NCBI GenBank assembly: GCA_963830915.1
Contig: CAWHOE010000066.1
Span: 1 to 38,007, forward strand
DNA from: a candidate division FCPU426 bacterium
GTDB taxonomy: Bacteria > Oederibacteriota > Muellerivitia > Muellerivitales > Muellerivitaceae
DNA length: 38,007 nucleotides
Direction of reading: 5' to 3'
Below, in pieces: positions 1 to 8,723 of this stretch. Below the pieces are notes generated by a model, which was not told where the DNA came from, ran no database searches, and saw only the letters and a list, made by a program, of their open reading frames with translations. The position numbers and the translations under genes are program-made. Position 1 is the first letter of the stretch. Each line of letters begins with the position of its first letter.

Positions 1-1
1 C

Positions 2-1165
2 GGCCCCCAGGTCATGATCATCGACAAATCCGGTGCTTACCAGACCTCTTGCCGCGTGGCGGGAGGGGAATACATCTTTTTTGATTTGAAGTGCGAGAAA
101 CACATCAACCCCCTCGACGTGAGCGCCCCCATCGATCCCAAGGACAAGAACTACTACAAAACCGGGGAAGTCACGAACGACCACCAGGAAACTGTCCTTG
201 GTTTTATGACCACCATCCTGGTCGAATCCGGGGAGACGGCTTTAAGGAACATCGAGGAAGCCCTCATCAACGAAGCCATAAAACTAACCTACAGCCGTAA
301 ATTCAAGGAGACCAAAGGCACTCCTGGCGGGCCGAAAGCCCCTCTGTTGAGGGATTTAAGGGCGGTCCTGCACGATATGGGCAAGGAAAAGGACCGTTCG
401 GAACTGGCCCGGGAAGGCTGTATCCGTTTTTATGAAACCCTCTCCCAATACGTGGACGAAGGCCAGTACGCCAACCTCACCGACCGGGACACCAACATCG
501 ATCTTGAGGCCCGGTTCATCGTTTTCGACACTTCATTGGCTTCCAAAAGGGAAAAGCTCGACACCCTTATCACCTACATCATCTCCCAATATTGCATGCA
601 AAGAGCCATGAAGAATAAGACGCGGGGTTTGTTCTCCTGGATCATCCTGGACGAGGCCTGGAGTCTTTTGGCGTTTCCGGCTGGCCGCAAATTCGGGGAG
701 ATCCTTTCCAGGACCTCCCGCCACCTGGACACCTGCAATATATGGGCGACCCAGCTTATTCAGGATGGATTGAAGAATCCCGAAGCCGAATCCCTATTCA
801 ATAACGCCGCCACGAAGATATTCATGAAACTCGGGGACGAGGACAAGCGCATTTGCGCCGAAACATTCGAGCTTAACGAAAAGGAAGTCTCGATCGTCGG
901 CAATCTCCACCAGGTCAAGAACGTCTATTCCCAATGCTACCTGAAATCATCGAACCGAAAAGGCCTCATCTATATAACGCCGGACCCGGTGGTCAAGTGG
1001 ATCGCCACTTCCTGGGGATACGACAAGGGATTAAGGAAGAAATACCTGGAACACATCGACCCGGATAACACCATTGACGGGACATGGAAGGCCATCTTTT
1101 CTCTAGTACAGGACGAGGGGAACAATTTCACGCCGGATTTCGTCAAGGAGCGGCACAATGGATAA
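2..1165 (+). CDS. VirB4/TraC-like conjugative ATPase, C-terminal part (gene starts before the window)
   Basis: Frame is open to the window edge. It has 'MIIDKSGAY', Walker B-like 'WIILDEAW', 'SRTSRH...WATQ' and 'NNAATKIFM', as in VirB4-family C-terminal domains. Confidence 0.85.
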   Translation, partial: GPQVMIIDKSGAYQTSCRVAGGEYIFFDLKCEKHINPLDVSAPIDPKDKNYYKTGEVTNDHQETVLGFMTTILVESGETALRNIEEALINEAIKLTYSRKFKETKGTPGGPKAPLLRDLRAVLHDMGKEKDRSELAREGCIRFYETLSQYVDEGQYANLTDRDTNIDLEARFIVFDTSLASKREKLDTLITYIISQYCMQRAMKNKTRGLFSWIILDEAWSLLAFPAGRKFGEILSRTSRHLDTCNIWATQLIQDGLKNPEAESLFNNAATKIFMKLGDEDKRICAETFELNEKEVSIVGNLHQVKNVYSQCYLKSSNRKGLIYITPDPVVKWIATSWGYDKGLRKKYLEHIDPDNTIDGTWKAIFSLVQDEGNNFTPDFVKERHNG

Positions 1166-1715
1166 GTTAGGACAGGTCAAACGCAAGAGCACTACTCCCA
1201 AGGGAAGCCTTTTGATCTTCGCTGTAGCGCTATTCGCGATCCTTTTGGTCGCTGGATTATCGCAATACGGGGGTTTGAAGTGCAATCCTTCCAATACCTC
1301 CACCTCGGACGAAAAGATAGACGCCGCCTTAAAACCCTTCCAGGAATTCGCGGTCCACGTCGTGACCGCCATCAACAACATCGGTTTTCATAACGCCCAA
1401 AAACACATTTCTGAAACGGCGCAGTATTTCTCCCAGGACTGCTTGCAGGATTACCAACAAAACTATTTCGACGAGGATTTCCTGAAGATGATCGCCGAGA
1501 GGAGATTATTCGTCACCGCTCAGGAAGTCCAGGCGGTCAGAACACAGTGGAATGACGATGTTTCCGAAGTGCGAACCTGGATCACCGGCAAGAACGTATG
1601 GTCGAGCGCTTATACCGGATCAACTAAGACCGTCCCTTTCTCCATACGCCTGACCATGAAAAAGATAGAAGGGGCCATCAAAGTCACGAAATTCGAATTC
1701 CTTCAGAAGCAATAA
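1158..1715 (+). CDS. Single-TM conjugation-associated protein (possibly VirB8/TcpC-like)
   Basis: Overlaps the end of the VirB4 gene. An N-terminal hydrophobic helix is followed by a ~140-aa alpha/beta domain. The fold assignment is inference. Confidence 0.55.
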   Translation: MDKLGQVKRKSTTPKGSLLIFAVALFAILLVAGLSQYGGLKCNPSNTSTSDEKIDAALKPFQEFAVHVVTAINNIGFHNAQKHISETAQYFSQDCLQDYQQNYFDEDFLKMIAERRLFVTAQEVQAVRTQWNDDVSEVRTWITGKNVWSSAYTGSTKTVPFSIRLTMKKIEGAIKVTKFEFLQKQ

Positions 1716-1718
1716 CCC

Positions 1719-3215
1719 ATGATCCATGAGCTTAACCCCGAGCGGGCGCAGGAAAATTGGGTCCTTGCCAGCCACAAGCGGCAAAAGGGCCGCCCGGATG
1801 AGGCCCAGGAGGCGTTGGAGCTTCTTTGGGAGATCATCAACCCCGACACGGGTTTCCAACCCAGTATGCTCAAAGCCTATTGGCTGGCCGCCGAGATCAA
1901 CCTGGACCATGGATTCCCGGACGAGGCTTTGAAATGCTTGGACCTATATAAAGGCCCCAGCAAGAAAAGGGGCGAACAACTCACCAAGGACGAGATACAA
2001 ACCCTGTTCCTTAAAGCCCGCTGCCAATTCGACCTGAAGAATTGGGCGGAGTGCAAAAACCTATTGTCTTTGATCTCTGAAAATGACCACGCCAACTTGG
2101 ACGCGGTACAAATGAAAGCCGATCTGAATCTTGAGACCAACAACACCGGCGAAGCCATCCGTATCTACCAATCCCTCCTGGACAGGGACCACAACACGAA
2201 AACCGTCATGTTTTCCATGGCCCAGGCTTATTTCCTTTCCCAGAATTACGCCCAGGCGAACCAATATCTGACGAAGCTCAAGGAAATGGGGGTGGTGGAC
2301 CCCGCCGTCGAACATTGGTTCAAATTGACCCAACGGAAAATTTATGACGAATCCATCCGGAAAGACCCGACCATTTCCTTCCTGGATAAGGTCATCATGC
2401 GGTTTTTCCCTTTTTACGCCGCTTCGAAGATCCTCCAATACACCCATAAAAAACTCATCGAGGACACCACCCAGCAGATCAAATTCAAGGACGAACTAAC
2501 CGGGCTTTACTCCAAGGACGCTGTTGGCGTTTATCTTCCCAACTTTTTCCAGAAGGCCAGGGAACGGTTCTTTATCGGGCGGGGCGACCTTGATTTCTTC
2601 AAAAGCATAAACGACATCCACGGGCACGACGTTGGGGACCGGGTTCTCTCCACCTTTGGCAAGATCGCCAGTGAATACTTCCCAAACCGGGCCTTCCGCA
2701 TGGGCGGGGACGAATTCCTTTGGTGTTTTGACGGGACAGAGAGCGCGTGTTTGAACCAGGCGAAAGCGTTCCGCAAAGCTTTGGAAACCCGGGCGCGCGA
2801 CCTGGTTAACGCCGGATTGCTCGAAAAGCCCATCAGGGACATCACCACCGACGAGATGATATTCCTAAATTGGGAACTGACCTGCTCCCAAGGGATCGCC
2901 GAATGGACCAAGGATTTATCCCAAGACAAAGCCCTTTCCGAGGCCGATGGGAACCAATACAGTGCGAAGCAATCGGCGGTTGGCAGAAACGCCATTTTCT
3001 TCAAAAACAAACTGGTGGATAAGGGCGACAGACCGATCCCTTATACCGCCGCTATCGTTAAACACCTTGATCTTTTCGCCAAAGAGAAGAATTTCGCGGA
3101 TTGGTGGAATTACCTGGAATCGACCAAAGACCAGAACGCCATTAAGGAAGCTATCGCAATGGCCACGAAACAAGAGACCGACGAAAAGAAAGCACTGGCT
3201 GAAAAGAGTAGTTAA
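1719..3215 (+). CDS. TPR-repeat diguanylate cyclase (GGDEF domain)
   Basis: N-terminal TPR-like helices; 'DELTGLY', 'DLDFFKSINDIHGHDVGDRVL', 'FRMGGDEF', 'AKQSAVGRN'. Confidence 0.9.
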   Translation: MIHELNPERAQENWVLASHKRQKGRPDEAQEALELLWEIINPDTGFQPSMLKAYWLAAEINLDHGFPDEALKCLDLYKGPSKKRGEQLTKDEIQTLFLKARCQFDLKNWAECKNLLSLISENDHANLDAVQMKADLNLETNNTGEAIRIYQSLLDRDHNTKTVMFSMAQAYFLSQNYAQANQYLTKLKEMGVVDPAVEHWFKLTQRKIYDESIRKDPTISFLDKVIMRFFPFYAASKILQYTHKKLIEDTTQQIKFKDELTGLYSKDAVGVYLPNFFQKARERFFIGRGDLDFFKSINDIHGHDVGDRVLSTFGKIASEYFPNRAFRMGGDEFLWCFDGTESACLNQAKAFRKALETRARDLVNAGLLEKPIRDITTDEMIFLNWELTCSQGIAEWTKDLSQDKALSEADGNQYSAKQSAVGRNAIFFKNKLVDKGDRPIPYTAAIVKHLDLFAKEKNFADWWNYLESTKDQNAIKEAIAMATKQETDEKKALAEKSS

Positions 3216-3319
3216 AGCTTGGATGGGGAAATACTTTGATGAGATCAACTTTGTTTAGCTATATAAACAAAGGTTTTTCTTCGTTCTGGGGTCCATGAGA
3301 GGGGATATATAAATTTTAG

Positions 3320-3346
3320 TGTAACCATCGAGGGTGGTTGCCCGTC
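3320..3346 (+). promoter_or_regulatory. Possible ECF-sigma promoter
   Basis: TGTAAC-N17-CGTC about 60 bp upstream of the 3405 start. Confidence 0.35.
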
Positions 3347-3404
3347 TTATAAGTGCCAATCAAATGGCGAAAGAGCGTTATCCAATTCGATCAAGGAGAG
3401 TTTT

Positions 3405-3725
3405 ATGAATTTGAAGAAGATCGCTGTAGCTATTTGTATGGCCGGAATGTTGATGCTGCCAGTGTTGGCGAAAGCCGACCAGATCAATTTTTCAATCAAT
3501 GCCGGGAATGACGATGAGGCCCATTTTCATTTCGCCGATCAAACCATTCAACATCACCCGGAGATCTGGAAGGCGGCCAAGGTTTTGCAGAACGCCAAAC
3601 ACAAACTCTGGGAAGCCCGCAAGCACACCAATTTTGGGGGCCACGCTGAATCCTCCATCCAAGCCATCAATCTGGCCTTGGATGAACTGCGTCAGGCCGA
3701 GGAATTCGCCCGCGCCCATCATTAA
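3405..3725 (+). CDS. Small secreted His-containing helical protein
   Basis: RBS AAGGAG; signal peptide ending in AKA; 'HHPEI...FGGHA' helical hairpin. Confidence 0.75.
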   Translation: MNLKKIAVAICMAGMLMLPVLAKADQINFSINAGNDDEAHFHFADQTIQHHPEIWKAAKVLQNAKHKLWEARKHTNFGGHAESSIQAINLALDELRQAEEFARAHH

Positions 3726-3768
3726 TCAATGGTTTTTGGCCGGTCGTAACATAGTTCGTTGAAAAGCG

Positions 3769-3802
3769 AAGGGACGAGCCGAAAGGCCCGTCCTTTTTGT
3801 TT
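3769..3802 (+). terminator. Rho-independent terminator
   Basis: gggacgagcc-GAAA-ggcccgtcct hairpin followed by a T-run. Confidence 0.75.
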
Positions 3803-3880
3803 GTAATAAGACCATATGAAAAAAACGGAGATTACCTCCTTTTCCCGATAACGAACAGAATTCTTAATGATCATGTAATA

Positions 3881-4918
3881 TTACTTCGAGAAATGTTCTC
3901 GCATCCCTTTTTTCAATATTTCCAATCCAGGCAGTGATGGTTTTAATAACGCTTTGATCCCTAATTTTTCAAGAACGGGTGTTACGGCTTGCATGAGTCG
4001 CAGGTCGGAAAACGCCATTTCAAAAGGCATCACGCTCTCTGTTTCTATTGCGCCAACAAGCACATTTCGTAATATTTCCGCCTCGTTGTCCGTCGGCCTC
4101 ATGGCCTGTGGTGGAAAGGCATATGTGCTTTCTGAATCCACCAAAGCCACGATGTGCATGTGGTAGGGCCGATCCATGTCCATGACTTGGCCGGGAGAAT
4201 AAAAATGTCCGGCTTCCCAAGCCCCTCTTTGGACAATGTTTTTCTTCTGTAAACGCGCGAGGGCTGATTCCAACAATACGGCGCGTTCCAACGGCGGAGG
4301 TTCCCAGGGATCGGGCTTCACGACCGCTAAGTGCCAGTCATCGTTCTTGAATATCCACATCGGCATACTGCCTAGCGGAATGGTCTTGAAAACAGATACT
4401 TTCTCGGACATAAGCATCCCCGCTTCAAGGCCGCGAAGCATGAACCTTGCTTCATTCTCGTCCAAAGGCCACGGCAAATACCCTGGACGATAGCTTTGGA
4501 ACTGGTAGTAGCGTTCCTCGCCACTGGTCGGCCATCCGGCTGACTTGATGATGTCCAAGTCATGAGGGTAAAGCTCGTTTTTTGGCACCCAGTTGAAATT
4601 AAGCATGTTCTGGGTGGCAAGGAAGTCGTAATCGCGGCGGAACAGGTCACCATGGGTGGCAACAATCTCTTGAAACTGAGCCAAGCCTTCCCGCTCTTGA
4701 TAAAACGCGAGTCCGAAGGTTTCCTGTATCTGCCCAAGCGCGACACCCCAGCCGGAGCGGCCCGAAGTTCTGTCGTAGACACCGAACGCCTCGGCATCTC
4801 CCATGTTCAGCCACGGTTCCGCTTCCATGTAGTCATCAGCCGCCTCAAACAAGGCTTGCCATGTTTGAGGATCAACCTTTGGCGGTGGCGGCATCTTCGT
4901 TGGTTTTTTATGTTTCAT
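3881..4918 (-). CDS. Conserved hypothetical protein (DUF6930/DUF7309-like)
   Basis: 345-aa ORF with 'EPWLNMGD...GLAFY...SYRPGYLPWPLDENEARFM'. Family recalled, not searched. Confidence 0.6.
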   Translation of the reverse strand: MKHKKPTKMPPPPKVDPQTWQALFEAADDYMEAEPWLNMGDAEAFGVYDRTSGRSGWGVALGQIQETFGLAFYQEREGLAQFQEIVATHGDLFRRDYDFLATQNMLNFNWVPKNELYPHDLDIIKSAGWPTSGEERYYQFQSYRPGYLPWPLDENEARFMLRGLEAGMLMSEKVSVFKTIPLGSMPMWIFKNDDWHLAVVKPDPWEPPPLERAVLLESALARLQKKNIVQRGAWEAGHFYSPGQVMDMDRPYHMHIVALVDSESTYAFPPQAMRPTDNEAEILRNVLVGAIETESVMPFEMAFSDLRLMQAVTPVLEKLGIKALLKPSLPGLEILKKGMREHFSK

Positions 4919-5048
4919 CGGGCTTAATTATACGTATTTGAAATAACCCTGGATAATCTTTACAAACGAATCCCTTTAAATTAGTCCCTTCGCTCCCACC
5001 CCAATACATACATCAATCCATGTTTACATACATGGACCACCACATGTA

Positions 5049-5076
5049 TTGACAAACATCCCGTTTTGTGGATAAT
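5049..5076 (+). promoter_or_regulatory. Sigma70-type promoter of the abrB-rep unit
   Basis: TTGACA-16-GATAAT, preceded by repeated ACAT/ATGT inverted motifs (5002-5051) that may be operators. Confidence 0.6.
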
Positions 5077-5137
5077 CATGTTGATAATTTCGTGTATTAT
5101 TACATGGAATTACAATGCGTTTAAGAGGGGCGGCAAA

Positions 5138-5353
5138 ATGGGTGAAATAACCTTTAAGGGTCGTAAAGTCGCTAAAACTGGACCGACGACTTATGTTAGC
5201 TTCCCCGAGCAAGCCCTTCAAGCTTTAGGCTGGAAAGCCGGAGAAAAAGTTGATCTGGTAATACGAAATGGCGAGGCCGTTATCAGGCCGCAGGAACGCC
5301 AGGAGGAATTAGGACTAAGAGTATCCAAAAAACAAAAAGCCCGGAAGAGGTAA
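5138..5353 (+). CDS. AbrB/MazE/SpoVT-family DNA-binding protein
   Basis: 'RKVAKTGPTTYVSFPEQALQALGWKAGEKVDLVIRNGEAVIRP' is the swapped-hairpin signature; RBS GAGGGG before ATG 5138. Confidence 0.85.
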   Translation: MGEITFKGRKVAKTGPTTYVSFPEQALQALGWKAGEKVDLVIRNGEAVIRPQERQEELGLRVSKKQKARKR

Positions 5354-5369
5354 ACTCCCGGGCTTTTTT
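5327..5369. terminator. Bidirectional intrinsic terminator
   Basis: A-run, gcccgg(aa)gag-gtaaa-ctcccgggc hairpin, then T6. Confidence 0.75.
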
Positions 5370-5527
5370 CGTTACTTACTGCCGAACCTGAATCAATCTC
5401 TTGGCGGGGATCTTCAAGTTTGGCTTTAGTTCTGGACGCTATAGGTGCGCCTTGCGGGGCACTTTTGCGTTCTGGACATCCAGGGGGCACCTTGCTTGGC
5501 GGCGCGGGACCCTTCGTGGAGCCATTG
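5330..5527 (-). ncRNA. Putative counter-transcribed copy-number-control RNA
   Basis: Perfect minus-strand TTGACA(5560-5555)-16-TATAAT(5538-5533) promoter facing the terminator at 5327-5369, antisense to the rep leader. Confidence 0.55.
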
Positions 5528-5589
5528 GGATAATTATATTCCCTGGCTTCCGGGTGTCAATACCCTTTTAGAAGCCAGGAGCATTGTCG

Positions 5590-6732
5590 ATGACCGACAC
5601 TTTAAGCCAATCATCCGTTGAGTCAGAAGACCAACGCACGATTAGCACCCTTTCCAACCTAGGGCTACCCTACGTTTGGATACCATTCCTCATTCTCGAC
5701 TTTTACGGCCCCGGCATGGGCAAAGCTGGCTGGCTATACACTATTTTGACCCGGATCGCGGATACCAAGACCAAAGTCATCGTTAAGCGTACCGTGCGGG
5801 AAATAGCCGTTTTATGCGGTTGTAACCCCGAAACAGTCCTTACTTGGGCGTCACATTTGGAAGAATTAGGGCTGATCGACAAAAAGCCAGGAGATACCTC
5901 AAACACCAACGTGTATACCCTGCTTTTACCGCCCTTTCCGCCACCGCCCCATATCGTTAAAAAGCATTTCCCGGAAGGGTGGAAGCCTCCAGCGTCAGCA
6001 TTAGAAGCCGCGAAAAACGTTGGGTTTTTAATGACCGGATATGGCAAACCACAAGATGTAGGGGGTGCTTTTACCCCTAAAGAGGATGTACGGAAATTCC
6101 GTACAACAGAAAGTGACCCCAAAAAGGGTGATAATCCCATACGGAATATCCGTACAACTAGTACGGAAAATCCGAACAGCATGAACGGAAAAAACGTACA
6201 ACCTGTACGGGAAAACCAGACACTTATAAATAAAACAGTTAAAAAAGAAACTAACGAACAGGAAGTCTTGTTTGTACGTTCTCTTTATGAATTTTTTAAG
6301 TCTAAAAGCACAAACACCACATACGACCGTTTTGAGGAGATTTGGTTCAAGTGCCTGAACATGTATGGGGATGAAGTAGCCACAGCGGAAGGCATCTTTA
6401 AAAATGCCGTTGAGGTCATTAACCAATCCAAGACCGTCAACGACCCGGAAGGCTTTTTATGGAGGGCCATTGAAAACAGATGGGAACCGCGCGCCAAGCC
6501 GGCAAAACCATCCGTCAAAGTGGATATTTCCCAGAACGACGTTGAAAAGCAGTACGAACAAGATTTACGCCAGGAAAGGCTGAAAGCGCCGGTTGAATCG
6601 ATCTTGATTTCATTCGACTTTTTCAAGAAACACGACAAAAAGAGTGACCCCTTGGAGATCGTAAAAAATCTTTATAAGGGGAACCCTAACTTGGAACAGG
6701 CTTTGAAAAGAATCATCGAAGGGGGTGTTTAA
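5590..6732 (+). CDS. Replication initiator, N-terminal HTH (replisome-organizer-like)
   Basis: 'LYTIL...TVREIAVLCGCNPETV...LEELGLI...NVYTL' winged HTH; C-terminal 'VNDPEGFLWRAIENRW'; internal iterons; directly upstream of parAB. Confidence 0.75.
   Translation: MTDTLSQSSVESEDQRTISTLSNLGLPYVWIPFLILDFYGPGMGKAGWLYTILTRIADTKTKVIVKRTVREIAVLCGCNPETVLTWASHLEELGLIDKKPGDTSNTNVYTLLLPPFPPPPHIVKKHFPEGWKPPASALEAAKNVGFLMTGYGKPQDVGGAFTPKEDVRKFRTTESDPKKGDNPIRNIRTTSTENPNSMNGKNVQPVRENQTLINKTVKKETNEQEVLFVRSLYEFFKSKSTNTTYDRFEEIWFKCLNMYGDEVATAEGIFKNAVEVINQSKTVNDPEGFLWRAIENRWEPRAKPAKPSVKVDISQNDVEKQYEQDLRQERLKAPVESILISFDFFKKHDKKSDPLEIVKNLYKGNPNLEQALKRIIEGGV
6087..6255. repeat. Iterons and AT-rich tract (candidate replication origin) inside rep
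   Basis: Five copies of ~nnTACGGAAAATCCGTACAAC at 6087, 6138, 6160, 6182 and 6204 (last four at 22-bp period), then an A-rich tract at 6224-6255. Confidence 0.75.
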
Positions 6733-6733
6733 G

Positions 6734-7720
6734 ATGGCAAGAGTGATATCGGTTTATAACAAAAAAGGTGGGGTGGGGAAAACCACGGTCGGGGTTAATT
6801 TGGCCGCCACTATCGCGACGACCAAAAACAAGGACGGCAGTTTGAAATACAGGGTCCTTTTGATCGACATGGACACCCAGGAGAATGCCAGTGATGCTTT
6901 GCATGTAGGCAGCGCCCACCGGGTCGCCCGGGAGGGAGAGAAAGCCGAGAAACTGGACCTTGGGAGGATCCTCACGGATTCAAACGCCACATTTGAACTG
7001 GTCTCAAGGCCTTACAGCTTAACGACCTGGCTTCCCTCCAACGCGGATGGGGATGATGTTATGGAAACGGAAATAATCGACGACATAGACAAAGACGGTA
7101 ACCCCATCATGAAAGTAAGACGCTTCCGGGAAACAGTTTTTAATAATTTCATGATCGTGCCGGCCTACGCCAATATGGGTCAGGAGAGCCTGGATGACGA
7201 CGAGGACGCTTTCAGGAGTCGTCTGGATCCACGCCTGATGTCCAACAAGCTTAAAGAGATCGACGGACAATATGATTACATCATCCTGGATTGCCCGCCT
7301 TCCTGGGACCGCATGACCAAGATGGCCTTGCTTGCCTCACAAATGGTTTTAGTGCCCACGAAGCCGGGCTTCTACGAGCAATCCGGCATGATCCGGGTCA
7401 AAAGGCAGATCGAAACCCTCAAGGCCGGTTACGGGACCAAACCGAAGCATTTTTTCGTGTCGATGAATATGGTCAAAGAGAACATCAAGGGCCACATGAA
7501 ATATCTTCGCCGGACGGCCGCTCTCATCGATCCGGAACGTAAAGGCGGGATCATATCCGAGACATCGATCCCATACGCTGAGAAGGTCATGGATTCGGCC
7601 AGCGACGCCATTCCTTTCGCTTTTGGCGGCGCGCGTTATTCGGATATGGCGAGTGTTTTTATGGACTTCTTTTTAGAAATCGATTCTTTGTTCAATCAAG
7701 GAGAAAAAGAAAATGGTTAA
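6734..7720 (+). CDS. parA: ParA-family partition ATPase
   Basis: 'NKKGGVGKTT', 'VLLIDMDTQENAS', 'YDYIILDCPPS'. Confidence 0.95.
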   Translation: MARVISVYNKKGGVGKTTVGVNLAATIATTKNKDGSLKYRVLLIDMDTQENASDALHVGSAHRVAREGEKAEKLDLGRILTDSNATFELVSRPYSLTTWLPSNADGDDVMETEIIDDIDKDGNPIMKVRRFRETVFNNFMIVPAYANMGQESLDDDEDAFRSRLDPRLMSNKLKEIDGQYDYIILDCPPSWDRMTKMALLASQMVLVPTKPGFYEQSGMIRVKRQIETLKAGYGTKPKHFFVSMNMVKENIKGHMKYLRRTAALIDPERKGGIISETSIPYAEKVMDSASDAIPFAFGGARYSDMASVFMDFFLEIDSLFNQGEKENG

Positions 7721-8723
7721 GAAAATCTCTTCCACGTCGGCCATTCTAAGCCAGCAAGCCAAGGAAGCCTTTGGCGGGGATAAGGCCGAAAAAGCAGCGC
7801 CTATCGCGGGGACCATCACCTTCGAATGGTTGAAGAATAACGCCAAACCGAGGACCAGGTACACCATTCCTTTGGACCTGTTCGATTTCGACAATACCAG
7901 GACGCAAACACGCCCCATCGATCCCCAGGCAGTCGCCAACCTGGTTGAGGACATCACCCGCAACGGGCAGATCAACCAGGTCTTCGCGAGGATGGACGAA
8001 ACCACCCAGAAGTTGCAGATCGGTTTTGGCTGGCATCGATCCTTCGCTCTCAAGGAGCTGGATAAGCCCATTGAAACCGAGCTTTTCTTCGGGACCGAGC
8101 AGGAGCTTTACCTTCTTGCCTTGAGCGAGAACATCACCCGCAAACAACTCTCCAAATACGACGAGCTGGTGGCCATGGCCGCTTTGGAGAAGCAGGACAT
8201 TTCCAAAGAGAACATCGCTTCCATCTTTCATCTAAGCTCCGCCACCATCTACCAGACCCTTAGGATATCCTCTTTCCCGGTGCTTATGAATGGTTTGAAG
8301 GACGAGAAGATTTCGGTGCGGGACGCCAGGATCTTGGCCGTAAAAGCTTCCAGCAATTCCCTGGGGGATGATTTCCAAAAAAAGGCGGTCGAGGTTTTGG
8401 CGCAGGGACGGTTAAGAAGCTCGGACCTGGAAGTTTTCTTGGAAAGCGGGGCCAACTTTGAGAACCTTGCCGCTCTGACCTCAGCCGCTCAGGCCGGGAA
8501 CAAGCATCATGGCGCGGGGAAGAAGGGAAAGAAAATCGAAACCGCCAACGGCCCGAAACTATTCCTTCAAAAAGTGACCAACGACAAGTATATTTTCAAA
8601 GCCGTCGCCAAGAGGGGGGATGGGGACCTTGAGAAGATCAAGAAGGACGCCCTTCAATTCGTGAACGTCATCCAAAAGATGATCGAGGACGAGAAAAAGA
8701 AAAAGGGAACCAAGGGCAAGTAA
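7713..8723 (+). CDS. parB: ParB/RepB/Spo0J-family partition protein
   Basis: 'LVEDITRNGQINQV', 'LALSENITRKQLS' and an HTH; overlaps parA. The Arg-patch is divergent ('GWHR'). Confidence 0.9.
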   Translation: MVKKISSTSAILSQQAKEAFGGDKAEKAAPIAGTITFEWLKNNAKPRTRYTIPLDLFDFDNTRTQTRPIDPQAVANLVEDITRNGQINQVFARMDETTQKLQIGFGWHRSFALKELDKPIETELFFGTEQELYLLALSENITRKQLSKYDELVAMAALEKQDISKENIASIFHLSSATIYQTLRISSFPVLMNGLKDEKISVRDARILAVKASSNSLGDDFQKKAVEVLAQGRLRSSDLEVFLESGANFENLAALTSAAQAGNKHHGAGKKGKKIETANGPKLFLQKVTNDKYIFKAVAKRGDGDLEKIKKDALQFVNVIQKMIEDEKKKKGTKGK

